From Candidatus Omnitrophota bacterium (GTDB lineage Bacteria > Omnitrophota > Gorgyraeia > Tantalellales > Tantalellaceae): DNA of 64,000 bases. The position numbers and the translations under genes were made by a program. The stretch lies in assembly GCA_049642065.1 (NCBI GenBank), contig JBAROK010000074.1, positions 4,114 to 68,113 on the forward strand, read 5' to 3'. Shown here one piece after another: positions 1 through 9,200 of this stretch (positions within the stretch are counted from its first letter, which is position 1; each line of letters begins with the position of its first letter). The notes under the pieces are model-generated. The model was not told the DNA's origin, did no database searches, and saw only the letters and a program-made list of their open reading frames with translations.

Positions 1-260
1 CTTTCGTACAATTATGGCATGGCGCCAGATTCACATACAAAGTCGCGTTAGCCCAATCCGTGAAAGGTTCATCCAATGCCTCGGCCTGACGTATCGCTTC
101 CACTTCGGCATGAACAGCGTTGACCCCGTATTTGCTATGCGACTCCAGTCTTCTTCTTGCGACCGTAACCACTATGTTACCGTCCCCGTCAACTAACCTT
201 GCAGCAACCGGTATGTTAGGATCAAGCTCTCCAGCATTCACCTTTTCTTTCGCGAACCGA
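1..260 (-). other. Domain of the giant protein: CDA/TadA-type zinc-dependent nucleotide deaminase domain, partial; continues beyond the window
   Basis: ...LVDGDGNIVVTVARRRLESHSKYGVNAVHAEVEAIRQAEALDEPFTDWANATLYVNLAPCHNCTK matches the TadA/CDA signature. HAE (H/C-x-E) is about 28 residues before PCxxC. The HAE codons are at about 104-112 and the PC..C codons at 8-22. Confidence 0.7.
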
Positions 261-3200
261 ATCAGTTCAGTCATATGCCGTCTATCCTCTTCGGAAAAGA
301 ACGCTCTTTCTCTTCTTAGTTTTTCAAGGTCATCGAGAACAGCATTGATCGAACCGCGAACTGAATCAATTCTTCCAATAAGCTCATCATAGCCGCCTTC
401 CCTTTGCGCCGCTCTAACCCCTTCCTCAAAATCATTGCTTATAAAGCCCACAAGGCTCCCTGCTTTTCCAATAGCTTGATTTCTGGATCGCGGCAGATTA
501 AAATGGACATCGTCTTTGATCCTCGCAAGGTTTAATGCAAGCTCTTCGCCCATACCCTTAATACATCTGGGACTGACTCTGCCTATCTCCTTCAAATTTA
601 TCCATAGATCCATAAACGTGGCATTTAATCTATTTGTAAAGCCCTCAATATTCCTTACATCCATGACTTCCTGGAGCCTTGCAAGAAATCCTACTTCTTG
701 TTCAATTAGCGGAAGCATACTATCATGCAAAGCAACAACTTTTTCCTTGTTATCCCCAAAAAGTTCAACACAGAAATCAATGTCGCGCTCCAGCTGTTCT
801 TTCTCAAATTCAGGACCGCTACGGCCGGTAAGTTCGTGTGCAAGCTCATGAAACAGGCCCGTCAAGACCAGTTTGCTTCTGGTCTTCTCATCTTCTATCT
901 CGTTAACCGCTTTGTTTATGCCTATAAATCCGTTTCTCCTGTGGTCCTCGAACATATAAGGTGAAACATCAAGCATGCCTATAACAATGGTATTCGGAAG
1001 CTCGTTAACGTCACCGTCGTAACGTTCAACAGTTTTTTCAAGCACTATCTGGACCAGTGCCCCTGAAAGACGTGTACCACGGTCGGTTACAACCCTGATA
1101 GCTCTATCTCCTACTGTTACCCAATTCTCCTCCGCCTTACCCATCCATATAAGAGTCCTGGCCAAGTCTTCCGTCTGATCGAGATATCTCACGTTCACCT
1201 GCATGCCACCCATCATGGAAACCGGGCTGTAATACGGGCTATCCTGACGGATCTTCATGCCTTCGGTGTGAACAGCTGAACCTGTCGCCATAGCAAGCTG
1301 TGTCGGCAATTCAAATCCTTTAGGAAAACTGCGTTCTTTAGCTTTGTGTTTTTCTATCCAATTTTTGCCCAGAAGGATCGGCGTGGGGGATTTAGTAATA
1401 CTCCAAGTAATATCACCAATAAAAGGAATCTTAATAAGACTGGCTTTCGCGTGTACGACTCCTTCCCTGTCACGTAAGATATGTTTTAACGGAAGATTCT
1501 TTAGAGCGCCTCCTTTCATTAAACTCCTGTATTTCGCCTTAGAGTCAGGCGCTTCTATATATTCCTTGTCTTTCGCGAAATATATCCCTTTCTTCCCCTC
1601 ATAATCACCAACAAAGAACCTGAAATCGCTAGGAATAACAAAAGATTCCTTTTTACCTTCCACCTCTACTTTGTGAGTATATTTTTTCTTTCTTTTGGGA
1701 AACACACATTTTACCGTGATCTGTGCCCTGTTCTTGCCTGTCGCAAAGTCCGGTGTTATCCTAACCGACTCCACATACTCCCAAGGGATTATCCCCGTGC
1801 CTTCAGCCCCTACCAGCATTTTAAGTGCAGATTTTTTTAACACAAGCGGCCTTTTATTTTTTTGGCTTATATCTCTGAGATGAAGAAGGAAATCTATAAG
1901 TGCTATTATCTTCTTATGGTCACCTTTGTTCTGTATGTTCATCTCTAAATATTTAAAGAGCATCCCGCGTACGTTACTTTCGGTGATCTCCATGGGCCCG
2001 GATTTTTCAGCAGCTTGAGCTGCTTTTATCCCGGCTCTATCCAACACCCACGCAGATACCCCAGCCCCGGCAAGCTGTAAGACCCCTCTTCTATTTATCC
2101 TCGCATCAGCTAAAAGCGAGGCGTATCCCCTTTGCCCCTCTTGCTTGATCGTCCAAACAATAGCATTAATAACCAGATGCGCCAGCATACTTAAACCCAA
2201 AGCAAGTGCCGGCTGATCGATGTACCTGAACGCGATTATAATTCCTGTAAAAGCAGCAATAATAGGCACCGTAAGAATATGTAGTTGCATTTTCACGAAA
2301 ATGGACTGGTCTGTCATGGCACTGGCCAGCTTGTCAGACCATCTCTGAAACATCATTTTACCGAAAACTACCGTTGTAGATTTATCCGCTTTCGCCTCTG
2401 CTGTGGCAAGATCACTATATCTCCATGAAGTTTCACGATCCGTTATATCTATAACTTTAGCAGGTACACTATTGATACCCCTGAGAGTGGCAGCTATACA
2501 TATGTTATAACCTTCTGCAATATAGTAATTCTCTCCCATCTTAACGACTACAGGCCGGCTCTCGGAAAGCATCTTTTTGAACTTTCCGTCTCTATAAAGG
2601 AAATATCTCAGGATAGTCCACGGGTTATATTGAACCGTGCGGGATACGGTGGTCGATTTTAGCTCAACCTCCCCGTCGTATATATTAGCTACGTTAGTGA
2701 TGTAATCTGGCTGAATACCGGCACATTCAGCAACTTCGTTTAAGACCTTTTCATACGCATCATCGGCCTCGAGATCAGCCTTATCGGCTTTTTTCTTGAT
2801 ATGCTCAATTGATAGAACATTAAGCAGTTCCCGTACTGCAGGCGGACCTCTTGTTCCCATAATATGCCCCAAAACAAATGCCCCGGCAACTGAAACAAGG
2901 AGTCCTGCAAATATACAACTATTAAGTAGCGGCATAGCCGGATTTAACCAGTCAAGGATAGCCTTTACAAGGAACGGTATACCTACCTTGCCAAGCTCTT
3001 CCAGTACGGGTGCGTGCAAAAACGGTGAATAACCGTCTATATTGGAACCAAGTGAGGCGGAGCCAGGCGCCGCATCGATTGGCGCAGGCAACCCTAAAGC
3101 TTTCTGTACAACCTTAGCTTCCGGGACATCTCTTTTCGCCAAATTCATCTTTTTCCGTTTTGCAACTAGCTCCTGGTACTTTTGCTTAAGTTGTTCCAGG

Positions 3201-6200
3201 TTGTCCTTAGCTTTTCCCTTGTCAAAGAATGACGCTTCTCCTAGATCAGGATAACTCTTAAACAGTTTTTCTGTCCTTTTTATACTCTCTCTCAGGTACT
3301 CTATAGCCTCGTCATACCCGGCAAGCACCTTTTCGATCTCTTCGTCATTGATATAACGCAATTTTTTTCGGGCACTCAGTATTACTTCTTCCGCTTTCCG
3401 CTGCACGGTATCGACCTCGTTCAGGCCTTTTCTTAAGTACTTGTTCAGAGATATAGCCCTCCAGTTCCTTATCCTTAGCTTGAAAATGAACCTACCAACT
3501 CGTTCCAATAACCCTCCGCCTATATTCCAAAGAAAGTGGCCGATATGTATTTGCCGCAGAGCTATGTCCTGGATACCCTTGGAACATACAATGTTTTCCA
3601 TGTGAGCATGTATTTCCCTGTTTATGTCCCTGCATTCAACAAAAAGTTTTTCAACTTCATCCAGATGGAAATCTTCAGCTTCTACTTCCGAAAGAACCAC
3701 ACCGTCATCCCCGCGTCCCCCGGTATAAGTCCAATGATAATACTTCTCTCCTCTCCCGCAAAAGACCTTGAGCGTGGGATGTAGGAATTCACTGCTCGAC
3801 CATATCCTTTCGGGGTGTTTGCGCGCAGTAAGTATAAAAGGAACGATCTTTACCAGCGCATCCGGTCTATCCATATTAGGCATGACCTTCATGGTCCGGA
3901 GTAGATCGGGATTTTCAAAAAGATCTTCGTACCCGAACCTCTCCTGCAAGGTCTTCAAGGAAACTTCCCAATGCTGGAACAGTGAACCATACTCTCCGCC
4001 TGGCGTGTACGGATAACCAAATGTGTCGACCGAACCGAACTCAAAAAATTTCCATTCAGGAACAAAACCTATATAGACGATCGAACCGCCCATGGAATGT
4101 CTTCCGGTATTTCGGACATACGCACGAAGAAGTGACGCAAGATAGACCAGGGCCGCATCTGTTCCCGCATCGACCCCATACTCTCCGCCCATCTGTTCTC
4201 TCAATTTCACTATGAAATCTAAGGCTTTATCCTGGTTTGTACCCTTCCAGTAATGAACGCTTGGCTCAACTCTCTCCCCAAAATTAGCTGCCACCGGAAG
4301 ATTCAGTGATGTAATCGCTAGTGGATGTTTTGAAAGCGGCGCTAAGGCCCTGGCCATGCCATCTTCACCCTTCCATTCTGACGGCGGTGCTGATAGAGGC
4401 TTAGCTTCGGGCGCTTCTGGAAGCGGACGCGGGAAATGGATGATCCCGTCAATACCCTCAACGTTAACATCGAGCCCTCTAAAATCGATAAATCCATACC
4501 GCTTACCCCCCTTAACCAGGTCCATGATCGCTCTTACTACCGGCAGAGTAATTGCCTGATGTTCTATTCCAAAAATACTTCCGTGTTCTCCTTCGCAAAC
4601 AGCAGCAACAAGCCCGTAAGGGATACCTCTATCCTCCAGCTGCTTTGGTATCTGACTAGAATCTCTTATATGAGCGTAACCTGTGATTACTGCCATATGG
4701 GCACAAGGATCTTCCTTAAGCGCCTTCTCCATTTGCCCGGCAAGATATTTACCCATGTACATGCCACGCTGAGAGCTTTGCTCATTATCATCCCAGGATG
4801 GATCTCTCTCCCCTGCCGGCATATCAATAAAAACAACTTTAATCCCTAAACGCTGCGCGACCGTTACCAGCTGTTCAAGACGATGCGGTATCCAGCAACT
4901 CTCGGAGATCTCGCTTATATTATCAACCTTGAGATCCGACGGTATCTCCAGCCCCAGGTGGGTAACACCGGCAGCTTTGAGCTGTTCAAGATAATTGACA
5001 AAACCTTTCTGTATACCCAAAGCACCATGATGGGTATCGCCGATAACCAGCACGTTCCTATCGGCAAACAACCCCTTGAAATCTACACCCTCGTGCCACC
5101 GGTTCTCAACGATCTCTTCCCACTTCTCATTATTCGTTCCGAATAAACCGCTACCATCGACGACACTCAAGGGCTTTTCTACCTGCTCTATTCTCTTCTT
5201 CCCCCTAAACGCGTTGTATATCCGCTTTGCCAAACCAGCAACAATTCCGCAGATCTCGTAGATGATTATAACAACACCACCTACAAGACAAACAGCAAGT
5301 AACATAACTAGTGTTGCTGCCGCCCACGAGCTCAGTTCTTTTCCCGCTTCGCTAGCCTTTACTGCGGTCTCAGCGGCCTCGATTATCCCTGGGGTTAACA
5401 AGCCAATAAGAAATACCAACAATCCAACCGGTCCACGTGAAATACCCGAAGAACCTGAATTCCCTTCTTCCGCTTTCTTTCCCTTCTTTTCGTTATATTG
5501 CTCAACCGCTTTTATTACATATTTGTGTGGATCTTTTGCAACAATTCTTAACTTCTCGGTCTCAGGATCCAATAGAATCGGTACTCTTTCGCCCTCTTCG
5601 TCCCTCCTTATTTCTATCCGACCACCTTGGTTTACTATTACAGTGAAATCTACACCACCAAACAGTTTCCCGTCTTTAAAAACTCCTGTTTTTTGTTCGC
5701 TTTTTACCTTTTTCACTCGTTCTCTAAGCATCTTTATATTATGCTCAACTATAAGGCGCGCTGTCCTTGCTTCAGCCAGAGCGACTTTATCTGCGGACGT
5801 CCACGTGCTAGTGAGCTTCTCGTAATCTATCCCCCTCTTTCGAAGCACCCTATTCACTTCCTTGCGCGTCTCTTCTGCCTCTTCGAGAAGATGATCCCGG
5901 TATTTCCCTTCTCCGGCCTTCTCTGCTCTAAGTTTAAGTTCCGCGATCTGGTAAAAAAGCCCCTGTATTTCCTCCATCGCTTTATCTGATAATGTCATGG
6001 GCACTTCGACCAGATGCCCCCATCTTCCTTCAGGGTCCATCTTTATCTTTCCACTCTCATCGACTTTAAGGCTAGGTGTTTCATTAAAATAGAGCTTATC
6101 TCCTCTCATTACCAAGCCCTGTCTGAAAAGACCTTCAAGAGCATTTGTATCCATCGGTCCTCTTTGTTCTCTTATGGGTCCGGCATCCTCGAAAGCAAAC

Positions 6201-9200
6201 CTACTTGAAGTGCTGCGCCTTGCCCTTTTTACTGATTTCCCTTGTGCCGGCTCCTCAGCAAAAGGCATTCTCCTGCTATCTGACTTTTTCGGCGGCTTCA
6301 TTACTTTTGTCGTATCCTGTCCTGGGTACGGCAACTGAATTTCCTGCTTGTTTTCTCTTATATAATCGCTAAGATCTTTGTCTGCCAAAGGAAACATCTC
6401 GCGCTGAAGGATACGTAAAAGATAATGCGGATTCTCATCCCACCCTTCATCCCAACCTTTCTCCCCTTCCTCATCCCTTTGCTCCTCCATTATGAACTGC
6501 ATAGTGTCCGTGGACGGCACAATAGACGTCTGATCCTCTCCGTCAAATGATATGACTACGTACCCGGATTCCATCCTAAGCTCCATGATACCTTTTTTGA
6601 TCAGATACTCTCCTATCTCGTGGAATTCAGCGATCGGATTCTCCTTAAGTTCCGAATAAAAGGCCAGCAGGTCATTTTCGGATGACGTAAAAGCGAAAAG
6701 GTCTTCTACCAGCACCCTGAACGTATACTCCTTGGCCTTTGTCTGGGCGTACCGGACCAGCATAGGATAGATGATATCTCTATAGTAAAACTCATTACCG
6801 GCAATAGCCGAGAGATTGGCCCCCAAATCCCTCATATTCATAAGTTCCCGCGGGATCAAACCAACAACATGTCTGTTTCCCTTGGAATCTATCGCCCTAA
6901 ACTTGCTGTTATCCGGGGACACCATCTCCACCCTCGCACTATTACCTATCTGTAAAGAAGGGCTCACTCCCTCTTCTAAATATTTTATTGCCGCGTCGAC
7001 AGACGCAAACCGGTCGTTCGGATCCCTCCTGATGCATCTCATGATAAATTCCGCAAGAGCATCCGGGATATCTTTCCCTTCTTTTTTAGCCATATCACGT
7101 ATGTCTGTGGGTTCCACGCGGGATTTATTATTGAAGTATTCGGCAATATTCCTTCCGTCGTACGGCAAAGGTACTTTGCCAGTCAATGCTTTGTACAATA
7201 TAATCCCTAATCCGTACACATCAGTACTTTTGTTATATTTTCCTTCTTCATGCAGCGGAAAAACTTCCCAAGGAAGATATTCAGGAGTACCTCGCACATC
7301 ATTGATTTTAAGCTCCCCGCTTTCCGGGAAACGCAGAGCAAGATCAAAATCCACCAAGAAAACAAGACTGGAAAAATCAAATTTGCCGCCTTTTCCCGGT
7401 AGAAGCATATTTGCCGGTTTTATGTCGGTGTGAACTATCCTTTTGCCCTGCACCTTTCTGATAATTTCCAGAACTTTTTTTGCTAGAGTTGCGGCCTCAT
7501 CCGGATTGAGCTGTCTTCCTGAATCGATTACAGTATCCAATGACTCTCCCGGAACAAACTCCGTAACCATAAAGAAATCCTCTCTGCCGTTACCACGTTC
7601 CCAGCGACCCATATCAAGCCCCTTAATAACCCCTCCAACTTCGCTCAAATATCTCATAACAAAATAGCCCTTTAAAAAGCTTGGGAGTTTTCTTCGTAAG
7701 TCCTTTGCTCCGGAATAACGTAAAACTCTCACGGTAACATCTGCCCCAGTCTTTAAATCTTTCGCTTTATACACCATAGAATACTCTCCGGTACCTAATA
7801 ACTTCTCCAACCTGTATCTTCCGGCAAGCATTGACGGGTCGCGCGAAGTGGCTGTTTCCTGCACACTTTTGAACATGAGCCGCATATCTGACAGTAAAGA
7901 TTCCATCTCTTCGCCACTCATAAGAAAACGTTCTGTTCTGACTAATTCATCAATGACCCATCCGATCAAAGCCTCCCTCAAGCGCACCAGATATTCTTCA
8001 ACACGCTCATTTTTCTCCTCCCGATCCGTAGCAGGCTTAAAGCAAGACCGCGCTTGCGATTCGCCAAGCAATATTTCTCTAATCGCTACTTTTGCAGAGT
8101 CATCCATATTTACAAGAGCGTCCAAGCTCTCACTAAAGACCTCATATTCCCCAGTCTCTGATTCTAGCTGCCCCTTAACATCTTTAAGGTTTTCAAAAAA
8201 CCTATCGACCAGAGAAGATTCCGACTCGACCGGATTATACCCACTGAAGGTAGAAGACAACAGTTCCACAACTAACCGGTAGTGCTTATCGCTAAAAAGC
8301 TTAATTTTTGTAGTCAGTTCTTTATCGTCGTCAACACTCCTATCAATAGAACCGTCTATGGAACTGTCCGTCAAAGAACGTCCGATCTGCGACGTATCTG
8401 GCTCCTCGTCACCAAAAAGGGTAAGCTGTCTCGGTTTGCCACGAGGCCTATCTTCCATCCGTGACCTGACTTTTTCTACAAGTTCCCGCGCCTTCTCTTC
8501 GGATAGTGACATCCACAAATCCTTTTCCCACTCATCCTCGGTCCAGGCAGTCCAGGTTATTGGCATACTTCTGAACCCTATGCCGCGAAAGAAATCTTTT
8601 GCGGACTTTCCTCCCTGTTTATCTTTATATTCTTCGTCCTCGGCAGGATGTACTATATACAGATTACGGCTAACTTCTTCTTCCGGTTCAAGATATACGG
8701 CTTCTCCGTCCGGAGCTACCATAGTGTTCTCTTGCTCTAACTCTTCCATGGCACGTTCCGTTATCTTGGCAATAAGAATTTCTCCTATTCCTTCACTCCG
8801 GTGCTTTGCGGAAACCTCCATGTAATCCCCTACCCATACTTTCCTGTTCTTCTCCTTGAATGGGAACTCTCCTTTCGTTGAAACAGATAGCCCAAGGATA
8901 TTCCCAGATGCGTCTTCCAGCTTTATCATACAAACCGGTCCACTCCCACCAGCAGCCCTTTTCGCGGCACTGTCCCACATCCCTCTGCTAAAGTAAGGCT
9001 TCTCTTCCTGTTCGAACCACCTGTCCAGCAGACTGCTCATCGCAGCAGAATCATTCACTTCCCGGGCATAATACCTCTTGTTCCCGATGCTGAATGGTCC
9101 GCTTATTGCGTCCTTGTGAGAAGACGACGCCTGCATTTGCTGTATCAGGCGAGTAAGCTCTATATCCTCTTGATCCCTACCAAATGTACCCTTACCAAAA

